Origin: an uncultured Pelagibacteraceae bacterium
Lineage (GTDB): Bacteria > Pseudomonadota > Alphaproteobacteria > Pelagibacterales > Pelagibacteraceae
Direction of reading: 5' to 3'
DNA: 64,000 bases
Assembly (NCBI GenBank): GCA_902619745.1
Contig: CACNFL010000003.1
Span: forward strand, 932-64,931
Position numbers and translations under genes: made by a program. The notes under the pieces were generated by a model, which made no database searches, had not been told where the DNA came from, and worked only from the letters and a program-made list of their open reading frames with translations. Positions 29,106 to 38,245 of the stretch are shown piece after piece (the stretch's first letter is position 1; each line of letters opens with the position of its first letter).

Positions 29106-30047
29106 ATGGCAATTAAAACCAATAAAGCTATTAAAATCTCACAAAAACATCTGTTAGGTATCCAAGATTTATCAGTTAATGATATTAATTATATCCTGGA
29201 TGAGTCAGAAGGTTTCATAAAATTAAATCAGAGTAAAAATAAAAAAATTGATGTGTTAAGAGGCAAAACACAAATAAACTTATTCTTTGAGCCATCAACT
29301 AGAACACAAAGCTCATTTGAACTTGCTGGAAAAAGACTTGGTGCAGACGTCATGTCAATGAATATGGGTAACTCAGCCATTAAAAAAGGTGAAACTTTGA
29401 TTGATACGGCCATGACCTTAAATGCAATGCATCCTGATATAATTGTTATCAGACATCAAGACTCCGGTGCTTGTAATCTATTATCTCAAAAAGTTAATTG
29501 TGTTGTATTAAATGCTGGTGATGGTAGACGTGAGCACCCTACCCAAGCATTACTAGATGCATTAACAATTAGAAATCGAAAAAAAAAAATTCAAGGATTA
29601 AAAATAGCTATATGTGGAGACATACTTCATTCAAGAGTTGCTAGATCAAATATTTATCTTCTTACGATGTTAGGAGCAGATGTTAATATAGTTGCACCAT
29701 CCAATCTTATGCCAAAAGAAATTGAAAAGTTTGGTGTTAACACTTTTACTGATATGAAAAAAGGTCTCAAAGATTGTGATATTGTAATGATGCTTAGATT
29801 ACAAAATGAAAGAATGACCAGTTCATATCTTTCATCGAATAGAGAATACTATGAATATTTTGGGTTAACGCCAGATAAACTTGATCATGCAAAGTCAGAT
29901 GCTTTAATTATGCATCCTGGTCCAATGAATAGAGGAATTGAAATTGATACAAGATTAGCTGATGACATAAACAAGAGTGTAATTAAAGAACAAGTTGAAT
30001 TAGGTGTTGCTGTAAGAATGGCATGTTTAAAAATATTTTGTGAATAA
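29106..30047 (+). CDS. pyrB: Aspartate carbamoyltransferase catalytic subunit
   Basis: [38 protein letters not shown]; start set to ATG 29106. Confidence 0.97.
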   Translation: MAIKTNKAIKISQKHLLGIQDLSVNDINYILDESEGFIKLNQSKNKKIDVLRGKTQINLFFEPSTRTQSSFELAGKRLGADVMSMNMGNSAIKKGETLIDTAMTLNAMHPDIIVIRHQDSGACNLLSQKVNCVVLNAGDGRREHPTQALLDALTIRNRKKKIQGLKIAICGDILHSRVARSNIYLLTMLGADVNIVAPSNLMPKEIEKFGVNTFTDMKKGLKDCDIVMMLRLQNERMTSSYLSSNREYYEYFGLTPDKLDHAKSDALIMHPGPMNRGIEIDTRLADDINKSVIKEQVELGVAVRMACLKIFCE

Positions 30048-31334
30048 ATGAAAAAACAATACTTTATAAATGCAAATATTATAGATCCTCATAATTCCAT
30101 AAACGAAAATGGTGGATTAATAATTGGAGAAGACGGAAAGATAGAAGCAATAGGAAAAAAGGTAAATACAAACAATTTACCAACTAGAGAAAAGCCTACT
30201 GACCTAAAGGGCAAATATATATTTCCTGGTATAGTGGATATGAGAGTTTTTGTAGGTGAGCCAGGATATGAATATAAAGAAAATTTTAGAACTTTGAGTA
30301 ATGCTGCATTATCTGGTGGAGTTACCTCAGTTGTAACGATGCCTAATACAGATCCAATTATAGATAATGTATCAATTGTAGATTTTTTAAAAAGAAGAGG
30401 ACGTGATAAGTCTAGAATAAATATCTTTCCTTGCGCTTCATTAACTCAAAACACTGATGGCACCAATATGACTGAATTCGGGTTGCTAGCTAAAAAAGGA
30501 ATTATTGCATTTACCGACGGAGTAAAAACAATTCAAAACACTAGACTTATGTCTAGAATTATGAATTCAGCTAAAGATTTGGGATGTCTTATAATGCAAC
30601 ATGCTGAAGATTACGATTTAGCTAAAAATGGCATGATTAATTCTGGTATTATTGCAACAAAACTAGGCTTATCAAGCATACCAGATATTGCTGAAAGAAT
30701 TATAATTGAAAGAGATCTTACTCTCTTAGAAAAAACTAAATGTCGATATCATATATCTCAACTATCAGTAGGAAAATCTGTAGATATAATTAAAGAACGT
30801 AAACAAAACGTTAAATTTACTTGCGGTGTATCAATAAACAATCTTTCGTTAAATGAAAATGATATTGGAGATTTTAGAACATTTTTAAAATTATCACCTC
30901 CACTGAGAAGAGAAGAAGATCGAGAAGCTTTAGTTCAAGGATTAAAAGATAAAACTATTGATGTAATTGTTTCTGACCATAAACCTGAAGATGAAGAATC
31001 TAAAAGATTAACTTTTGCTCAAGCTGCAACAGGTGCGTCAGGTATTGAAACATTGTTATCTTTAAGTTTAGAATTATTTCATAATGGATCTGTAAAACTT
31101 GAAACCATAATTCAAGCATTAACATCTAACCCAGCAAAAATATTAAACATAAATAAAGGAAACCTGTCTATTGGAAATGATGCAGATTTTTGCATAGTGG
31201 ATATCAATAAACCATGGATTGTAAAAAAAGAAAATTTAATCTCTAAATCTAAAAATACTTCAATTGAAGATAAGAAACTTCAAGGAAAAGTAACCAATAC
31301 GTTTGTAAAAGGCATAGAATTATTTAAAATATAA
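30048..31334 (+). CDS. pyrC: Dihydroorotase-family protein, probably the inactive PyrC'-type ATCase partner
   Basis: GEPG.EYKE, GGVT...MPNT.P, PPLR, SDH.P; the metal-binding DxHxH motif reads DMRVF. Confidence 0.85.
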   Translation: MKKQYFINANIIDPHNSINENGGLIIGEDGKIEAIGKKVNTNNLPTREKPTDLKGKYIFPGIVDMRVFVGEPGYEYKENFRTLSNAALSGGVTSVVTMPNTDPIIDNVSIVDFLKRRGRDKSRINIFPCASLTQNTDGTNMTEFGLLAKKGIIAFTDGVKTIQNTRLMSRIMNSAKDLGCLIMQHAEDYDLAKNGMINSGIIATKLGLSSIPDIAERIIIERDLTLLEKTKCRYHISQLSVGKSVDIIKERKQNVKFTCGVSINNLSLNENDIGDFRTFLKLSPPLRREEDREALVQGLKDKTIDVIVSDHKPEDEESKRLTFAQAATGASGIETLLSLSLELFHNGSVKLETIIQALTSNPAKILNINKGNLSIGNDADFCIVDINKPWIVKKENLISKSKNTSIEDKKLQGKVTNTFVKGIELFKI

Positions 31335-31336
31335 AA

Positions 31337-31915
31337 ATGGAACTTTTTATAATAGGTATAATCTCATACCTAATGGGATCAATTCCTTTTGGATTAATTT
31401 TAACTAGAATATTTTTAAAAAAAGATATTAGAGAGATAGGCTCTGGTAATATTGGTGCAACAAATGCTCTAAGAACTGGTAATAAACTAATTGGTTATTC
31501 GACACTAATACTTGATGTATTAAAAGCAGTAATAGCTGTTCTATACGTAAAAATTAATTTCCCTGATGCAGTATATATATCAGCTTTATTTGCTTTTATA
31601 GGTCATGTGTTTCCTGTTTGGTTAAAATTTAAAGGTGGCAAAGGTGTAGCTACATATGTTGGAATACTTTTTTCTTTAAATATTATTTATGGTTTAGTAT
31701 TTGGTATTTGTTGGTTAATAATTTTTTTTATCTCTAAATATTCATCTTTAGCTTCCTTGATAGGATCACTTTCTATACCAGTATATATTTTAATTTTGGA
31801 GGGTTTAGAAAATGTATTTTTTTACGTAATAATGTTTATTTTAATATTTTTTACCCACAGAGAAAATATTAAACGCCTGAAAAATAAAGAAGAAACTAAG
31901 ACAAAAATTTATTAA
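31337..31915 (+). CDS. plsY: Glycerol-3-phosphate acyltransferase PlsY
   Basis: GSIPFG, GSGNIGATN..R, GHVFP, F.GGKGVAT, HRENI.RL. Confidence 0.96.
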   Translation: MELFIIGIISYLMGSIPFGLILTRIFLKKDIREIGSGNIGATNALRTGNKLIGYSTLILDVLKAVIAVLYVKINFPDAVYISALFAFIGHVFPVWLKFKGGKGVATYVGILFSLNIIYGLVFGICWLIIFFISKYSSLASLIGSLSIPVYILILEGLENVFFYVIMFILIFFTHRENIKRLKNKEETKTKIY

Positions 31916-31916
31916 T

Positions 31917-31944
31917 TTGACTATCAAACTCTTTTGAGTAGTTT
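31917..31944 (+). promoter_or_regulatory. Putative sigma70 promoter of topA
   Basis: TTGACT-16 bp-TAGTTT ending 8 nt before the ATG; spacer region contains an ACTC-TTTT-GAGT inverted repeat. Confidence 0.45.
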
Positions 31945-31952
31945 GTTATTTT

Positions 31953-34535
31953 ATGAATCTAGTCATAGTTGAAAGCCCTGCTAAAGCGAAAACAATTAAT
32001 AAATATTTAGGTGATAACTATACCGTTTTAGCTAGCTATGGTCATATAAGAGATCTTCCTTCAAAAAATGGATCAGTTGATCCTGATCAAAATTTTAAAA
32101 TGGAGTGGGAAGTTGATAGCTTTTCAAAAAAATATTTAAAAGAAATTACTGATGCTGCGAAAGATTCTTCAAAAATCATTCTTGCCACTGACCCAGATCG
32201 TGAAGGTGAAGCAATAGCATGGCATGTAAAAGAATATTTAGATGAAAAAAAACTTTTAAAGGATAAAGAAATTGAACGTGTGGTATTTAATGAAATAACA
32301 AAAAAAGCTGTCACGCATGGTATTGAGAATCCAAGACAGATAGAGCCCCTATTAGTTGATGCCTACATGGCTAGAAGAGCATTAGATTATTTGGTGGGAT
32401 TTAATATATCACCAATACTTTGGACTAAATTACCTGGCTCTAAATCAGCAGGCAGAGTTCAATCTGTTGCACTTAAATTGATCACTGAAAGAGAGCATGA
32501 AATTGAATTATTCAAGCCTGAAGAATTTTGGACTTTAAGTATTAATTTTCAGGATAAAAACAAAAGCAAAATTACAGCAAGTATTTCTCAACTTGATGGA
32601 GAAAAAATTGAAAAATTTTCATTTAAAAATAAAGAAGGAATTGAAAAGGCAATAGATAATATTAAGACCAAAAAATTTAACATAACTGATATTTCCTCAA
32701 AAGTTGTTAGCAGAAATCCCTCGGGACCCTTTACTACTTCAACACTTCAGCAAGTTGCTTCTAGTAGACTGGGTTTTGGTGCATCAAGAACAATGCAAAT
32801 AGCACAAAAACTTTACCAAGGAATAGAAATTGAGGGAGATACAGTTGGATTAATTACTTATATGAGAACGGATGGAACTAATTTATCAGCTGATGCTGTC
32901 TCTGATTTTAGAAATTTTATTAAAAAAGAATATGGAAATGAATACTTGCCAGAAAATCCAAATAATTACTCAGGAAAAAAAGCAAAAAATGCTCAGGAAG
33001 CGCATGAAGCAATAAGACCAACTGATATTAATAGAAATCCAGATTCTGTTAAAAAGTATTTAAGTTCTGATCAGCAAAAATTATATTCTTTAATTTGGTC
33101 TAGAGCTCTGTCGTCTCAAATGGAAACAGCAAAATTTGATAGAAATACTATAACGATTGAGTCTGAAGATAGTAAAACTATATGTAAATCAAGCGGATCA
33201 GTTTTGAAATTTGATGGATTTTTAAAAGTTTATTCAAATCAAAGCAAAGATGATGACGAGCAAATTTTACCTGAGATGTCAAAAGGACCAATTAATATAG
33301 AAGCTCTTATTGATGAACAACATTTTACCCAGCCTCCCCCACGTTACTCTGAGGCTAGTTTGGTTAAAAAATTAGAAGAGTTAGGAATTGGAAGGCCTTC
33401 AACTTATGCAAGTATCATTTCAACAATAGCAAATAGAGGTTATGCAGAAATAATTAATAAAAGATTTTTCCCAACTGACAGAGGTAAATTAATTTCTGCG
33501 TTTTTAGAAAAACTATTTTCAAAGTATGTAGATTATAACTTTACAGCTGGACTAGAGGATCAGCTAGATGAAATAACTTCTGGAAAAGAAAGTTGGTTAA
33601 AAGTCTTAGAAATGTTTTGGAAAGATTTTAATAGCAATGTTTCTGAGGTAAAAGAAAAAAGAACTAGAGAGGTTTTAGATCTTTTAAATGAAAGTTTGGG
33701 AGCATTGATATTTGACACTGATAAAGAAGGAAAGATAGTTAGAAAATGTCAGTTATGTGAAACAGGTTCCCTTAGTTTAAAAAATAGTTTTAGAGGAGGT
33801 GCGTTTATTGGATGTTCAAACTATCCTGAATGTAAATTTACAAGACCACTATCAAAAGCTAAAGCGGCTGCTCAATCACAACTTGCTGAACCAAAATTTC
33901 TTGGAAAACATGAAAACGGAAATGATATTTTTCTCAAAAATGGAAGATTTGGTCCTTATCTACAATATGAAAAAGTTCTAGAAGAAAATATTGAAGAAGA
34001 GAAACCTAAAAAAAGAAAACAAACTAAGAAAAAGAAAACTGAGGTAAATGAACTACTGAAAAATGTGTCTATACCAAAAGGAATTGAATTAGAAAGTATT
34101 GATTTAGATAAAGCTAAATTTTTATGTTCGCTTCCTAAATCATTAGGCATTAATCCAGAAAATCAAAAAGAAATCACTTTGAACACTGGTAGATTTGGAC
34201 CATATTTAAAATGTGAAAATAAATCAGCTAGAATAGAAAATGTCGAAGAAATTTTCTCTATAGGATTAAATAGAGCTATTACATTAATTGCTGAAGCAAA
34301 ACCTGGAAGGATGTCATCTTCAATTATAAAAGATTTAGGTGAGCATCCTGAGGATAAAAAGCCAGTCCGAATCATGAAAGGTCAATATGGACCATACATT
34401 AAATATAAATCTCTGAATGCAACAATACCCGAGGAAAAAGATCCAGTAGAGCTAACAATGGAAGAGGCTCTTATACTAATTGAGAAAAGAAGAGAATACG
34501 ATAAAAATAAAAAATCTAAAAAAAAGAAAAAATGA
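31953..34535 (+). CDS. topA: DNA topoisomerase I
   Basis: IVESPAK, ATDPDREGE, SAGRVQS, ITYMRTD, AHEAIRPT, one C4 ribbon plus C-terminal GRFGPY repeats. Confidence 0.98.
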   Translation: MNLVIVESPAKAKTINKYLGDNYTVLASYGHIRDLPSKNGSVDPDQNFKMEWEVDSFSKKYLKEITDAAKDSSKIILATDPDREGEAIAWHVKEYLDEKKLLKDKEIERVVFNEITKKAVTHGIENPRQIEPLLVDAYMARRALDYLVGFNISPILWTKLPGSKSAGRVQSVALKLITEREHEIELFKPEEFWTLSINFQDKNKSKITASISQLDGEKIEKFSFKNKEGIEKAIDNIKTKKFNITDISSKVVSRNPSGPFTTSTLQQVASSRLGFGASRTMQIAQKLYQGIEIEGDTVGLITYMRTDGTNLSADAVSDFRNFIKKEYGNEYLPENPNNYSGKKAKNAQEAHEAIRPTDINRNPDSVKKYLSSDQQKLYSLIWSRALSSQMETAKFDRNTITIESEDSKTICKSSGSVLKFDGFLKVYSNQSKDDDEQILPEMSKGPINIEALIDEQHFTQPPPRYSEASLVKKLEELGIGRPSTYASIISTIANRGYAEIINKRFFPTDRGKLISAFLEKLFSKYVDYNFTAGLEDQLDEITSGKESWLKVLEMFWKDFNSNVSEVKEKRTREVLDLLNESLGALIFDTDKEGKIVRKCQLCETGSLSLKNSFRGGAFIGCSNYPECKFTRPLSKAKAAAQSQLAEPKFLGKHENGNDIFLKNGRFGPYLQYEKVLEENIEEEKPKKRKQTKKKKTEVNELLKNVSIPKGIELESIDLDKAKFLCSLPKSLGINPENQKEITLNTGRFGPYLKCENKSARIENVEEIFSIGLNRAITLIAEAKPGRMSSSIIKDLGEHPEDKKPVRIMKGQYGPYIKYKSLNATIPEEKDPVELTMEEALILIEKRREYDKNKKSKKKKK

Positions 34536-34831
34536 AAATAATTAAAATCATAATTACAGTTTTATTCATTTCTTTATTTAGCTATACATTTTCATCTGCT
34601 GAAGATTGTTCAAAATATGACAAATTAAGTAAAGATTATGCGAAATGTACATCTGATAAATTAAAGAAAGAAACCTCACAAAAGGCAGAGGAAATAAAAT
34701 CTAAAACTGCAAAGAAGATAGAAGAAGGTAAAAAAAAATTTAATAATTCAAAATTAAAAGATACATTGATAAAGTTTAAAAATAGTAAAAATCATAAAGA
34801 ATTTATGGAAAAATTGAAAAATGACAGTTGA
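34532..34831 (+). CDS. Small hypothetical exported protein
   Basis: Signal peptide (MKIIK...SSA-E), Cys pair, Lys/Glu-rich helical tail; overlaps both neighbours. Confidence 0.7.
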   Translation: MKIIKIIITVLFISLFSYTFSSAEDCSKYDKLSKDYAKCTSDKLKKETSQKAEEIKSKTAKKIEEGKKKFNNSKLKDTLIKFKNSKNHKEFMEKLKNDS

Positions 34832-35282
34832 AGAAAAAATTAAAAAATTGAATATAAATCTTCCTGAAGCAAAACCCCCTGTTGGGTCTTATGTGGCAAC
34901 AAAAATCGTTGGCAATTTACTCTATATTTCAGGACAGATTTCTATTTCAGAAAATGGTGAATTAATAAAAGGAAAAGTTGGAAAAGATCTAACTGTAGAT
35001 GATGGTTACAAAGCAGCTGAAAGATGTGGTTTAAGTATTATATCTCAAGCAAAAGTAGCTTGTCATGGAGATCTTTCTAAAATTAAATCTTGTATTAAAT
35101 TAACAGGGTTTGTTAATTCAACAGATGACTTTACTGACCAACCAAAAGTAATTAATGGTGCATCAGATTTGATTGCTACTGTGTTTGGTGACGCTGGGAT
35201 GCACACTAGAGCTGCTGTAAGTACAAATAGTTTGCCTCTTGGAGTATCTGTCGAAGTTGATGCAATATTCGAATTAAACTAA
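34821..35282 (+). CDS. RidA/YjgF-family protein
   Basis: P.P.GSY, YISGQ, INGASDL, G.HTRAAV..NSLPLG.SVEVD. Confidence 0.9.
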   Translation: MTVEEKIKKLNINLPEAKPPVGSYVATKIVGNLLYISGQISISENGELIKGKVGKDLTVDDGYKAAERCGLSIISQAKVACHGDLSKIKSCIKLTGFVNSTDDFTDQPKVINGASDLIATVFGDAGMHTRAAVSTNSLPLGVSVEVDAIFELN

Positions 35283-36581
35283 TTATCTTCCAATCCCAAA
35301 ATATTTTATATTCAATTTCTTCATTTTTGATGGAGAATAAAGATTTCTCATATCAAAAACTTTAAAGTTATTTTTTTTAACTAATTTTTTAAAATTTAAT
35401 AATTTAAATTCATTCCATTCTGTATGTAGAATAATTAAATCTGAATTTAAGCATGCAGCACTTAAACTGTTTGAGTATTTTACGTTTTTTAAATGTTTAA
35501 ATTCATTCTTCTCACCTGAGGGATCATAATAGGTAATTTTACAATTTGTTTTATTAAAATAATTAATCATTGGTATACTTGCGGCTTCACGCATATCATC
35601 AGTGTTGGGTTTAAAGGTAACACCCAAAAAAGTAATTTTTTTATTTGTTAATTTATAATTTAAAATTAATTTTGCTTTTTCAATTAATGATAGTTTTCGT
35701 GAATTATTTGAACTAACTACACTTTTTACAATTGACATATTTGTTTTAAATTTTTTACCAATATCAATTAATGCACGTGTATCTTTAGGGAAACATGATC
35801 CACCGTAAGCAGGTCCTGCTCTTAAAAATCTATCTCCAATACGTTGATCAGAGCCCATACCTAAAGAAACATCTTTGACATCTACACCAGTTTGCTCACA
35901 TAAATTTGCAATTTCGTTGATAAATGAAATCTTAGTAGCTAGAAATGAGTTTGATGCGTATTTAATTAATTCTGCACCTCTACGTGACGTATTAAAATAA
36001 CGGCTTGATTTTTTAATTATAGGTAAATAAAGCGATTTAAGGATTTTATTTGCTTTTTTACTATCTGTTCCAATAATTACACGATCAGGATAAATAAAAT
36101 CTCTTATAGCCTCGCCTTCTCTGAGAAATTCTGGATTAGATACAACATCTACTAGTTTTTTATTTTTTAAATTTTTTAAAATTTTTTCAATTTTATCCCC
36201 TGTAGTAACTGGGACTGTTGATTTTGTAACTATAATTTTATATTTAGAGATTAATTTTTTGAGCGCTTTTACAGCATTAAATACATATTTTAAATCAGCG
36301 GAATCACTATTTTTTTTGGTTGGTGTACCTACACAAATAAAAATAACATCAGAATTTAAAACTGCTTTTTTAAGATCTGTTGTAAAAAATAATCTTTTTT
36401 GTTTGTAATTTTTTTTTAAAATTTCTTCCAAACCTGGTTCGAATATTGGAACTACTCCTTTATTTAAGGAATTAATTTTTTTAATATCTTTATCAACACA
36501 ATAAACTGTATTGCCTAAATCAGAAAAACATACTCCACTTACCAAACCTACGTAGCCTGTTCCAATCATGCAAAGCTTCAT
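35283..36581 (-). CDS. ugd: UDP-glucose 6-dehydrogenase
   Basis: IGTGYVGL, VGTP, KSTVP, NPEFLREG, GGSCFPKD, FKPNTDDMRE. Confidence 0.93.
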   Translation of the reverse strand: MKLCMIGTGYVGLVSGVCFSDLGNTVYCVDKDIKKINSLNKGVVPIFEPGLEEILKKNYKQKRLFFTTDLKKAVLNSDVIFICVGTPTKKNSDSADLKYVFNAVKALKKLISKYKIIVTKSTVPVTTGDKIEKILKNLKNKKLVDVVSNPEFLREGEAIRDFIYPDRVIIGTDSKKANKILKSLYLPIIKKSSRYFNTSRRGAELIKYASNSFLATKISFINEIANLCEQTGVDVKDVSLGMGSDQRIGDRFLRAGPAYGGSCFPKDTRALIDIGKKFKTNMSIVKSVVSSNNSRKLSLIEKAKLILNYKLTNKKITFLGVTFKPNTDDMREAASIPMINYFNKTNCKITYYDPSGEKNEFKHLKNVKYSNSLSAACLNSDLIILHTEWNEFKLLNFKKLVKKNNFKVFDMRNLYSPSKMKKLNIKYFGIGR

Positions 36582-37393
36582 AATTTACCTATTTCTATAG
36601 ATGAATTTATATAACCATTCATTGTACCGCAGTCGAGGTATTTACCCTCAAAATTATGTGCTATAAATTTTTCTTTATCATTTATTAATAGTTGAATAGC
36701 ATCTGTAATATGCACTTCTTTATATCTTTTAGGTTTTAAAGATTTAATTTTATTAAAAATTGATCGAGGTAAAATATATCTTCCAATAACAGCATTGTTA
36801 GACGGTGCTTTTTTTGGTGATGGTTTTTCAACAACACCATCAATAATATAATTTCTTTTATTTAATTTTTTATTAATTTTATATATTCCCCATCTTGAAA
36901 CGTTGTTTTTTTTAACTTTCATAGAAGCCATGACTGAAGCATTATATTTTTGATGAACTTTAATCATTGCTTTAGAGCAATTTTTTTTAATTATTAAATC
37001 ATCTGGTAGCAACATTAAAAAATATTTACTTTTAATATATTTTTTAGTTTTAAGAACAGCATCTCCTGTGCCTTTTGGTATATTTTGAAATACAAATTTA
37101 ATTTTTTTTTTATATTTAAGTATTTTCTTGTACTCATTAATTATTCTAGGATCTTTTTTTTTTTTAATAATTTTTTTATAAAATTTATCGTTATAAAAAT
37201 ATTTTTTTATCATTAATTTTTTGGTGGAAATTATAAACACAATTTCTTTAATGCCTGCTTCGATACATTCATCAAGAACATATTCAATCCCAGGTTTACC
37301 ATTAATAGGTAAAAGTTCTTTAGCAAAAACACTTGTTAAAGGTAGTAATCTTGTTCCAAGACCGGCCAGAGGAATAATTGCTTGTTTAATCAT
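36578..37393 (-). CDS. galU: UTP-glucose-1-phosphate uridylyltransferase
   Basis: AIIPLAGLGTRLLP.T...KELLP, Q..P.GTGDA, VEKP, GRYIL, DCG. Confidence 0.9.
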   Translation of the reverse strand: MIKQAIIPLAGLGTRLLPLTSVFAKELLPINGKPGIEYVLDECIEAGIKEIVFIISTKKLMIKKYFYNDKFYKKIIKKKKDPRIINEYKKILKYKKKIKFVFQNIPKGTGDAVLKTKKYIKSKYFLMLLPDDLIIKKNCSKAMIKVHQKYNASVMASMKVKKNNVSRWGIYKINKKLNKRNYIIDGVVEKPSPKKAPSNNAVIGRYILPRSIFNKIKSLKPKRYKEVHITDAIQLLINDKEKFIAHNFEGKYLDCGTMNGYINSSIEIGKL

Positions 37394-37427
37394 TTAAATG
37401 TTTTACTTATCTTATATTTTAATACAA

Positions 37428-38243
37428 ATGAAAGTTTTATTAAACAATTCTTCATTATTTGAATCATTGAGGCCATTTGATGACCTGGGGTTTGTTCCTA
37501 CTATGGGCGGAATTCATGAAGGTCATTTATCGCTTATAAATAAATCAAATAAGCTTTGCAAAAAAACTATAGTAAGTATTTTTATTAATCCAAAACAATT
37601 TAATAACAAAAAAGATTTAAAATCCTATCCAAGAAATTTAAAAAAAGACTTAAAAATTCTTAAAAAAAGCAAAAAAGTTGATTTTGTTTATCTTCCAAAA
37701 TTTAATGACATTTACAAAGATAAAAAAAAATCAAAAATTATATTACCTAAAAAAGATAAAGTTTTATGTGCTAAATTTAGAAAAGGTCATTTTGAAGGAG
37801 TTTTAGATGTAATGAACAGACTAACTAGAATTGTAAATCCTCAAAAAATATTTATGGGAGAAAAAGATTTTCAACAATTTTACTTAGTTAAAAAATTTTT
37901 AGAAAGAAATCACAAAGTAAGAATTATTTCCTGTAAAACTATTCGTGATAAAAATAATGTAGCTTTATCATCTAGAAATTTCCTTTTAGATAAATCTAAT
38001 TTAAATGTTGCAGCAAATGTGTATAAAAAACTAGTTAATATCAAAAAAAATATTAAAAATAAGGAAAATATTTCTAGCTTCTTAAATCTTGGAAAAAAAG
38101 AATTAAGAAATAATTTTAAAATTAAAATTGAATACTTGGAATTAAGATATATGAATAATCTTAATATTTCAAAAACAACAAAAAAATCTAGGTTGTTTGT
38201 TGCTTACTATTTAAACAAAGTCAGGTTAATTGATAACATTTAA
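37428..38243 (+). CDS. panC: Pantoate-beta-alanine ligase
   Basis: VPTMGGIHEGH, SIF.NP.QF, YPR, R.GHF.GV, GEKDFQQ, ALSSRN, RLIDN; start set to ATG 37428. Confidence 0.93.
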   Translation: MKVLLNNSSLFESLRPFDDLGFVPTMGGIHEGHLSLINKSNKLCKKTIVSIFINPKQFNNKKDLKSYPRNLKKDLKILKKSKKVDFVYLPKFNDIYKDKKKSKIILPKKDKVLCAKFRKGHFEGVLDVMNRLTRIVNPQKIFMGEKDFQQFYLVKKFLERNHKVRIISCKTIRDKNNVALSSRNFLLDKSNLNVAANVYKKLVNIKKNIKNKENISSFLNLGKKELRNNFKIKIEYLELRYMNNLNISKTTKKSRLFVAYYLNKVRLIDNI

Positions 38244-38245
38244 TT

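Noticed and set aside
29579-29589. A11 homopolymer in pyrB as a phase-variation tract
   Set aside because: In frame in a housekeeping gene and encodes a Lys run; long A/T tracts are background in this genome
33900-34420. Repeated GRFGPY/GQYGPY segments in topA
   Set aside because: Known C-terminal repeats of alphaproteobacterial topoisomerase I, not a novel repeat
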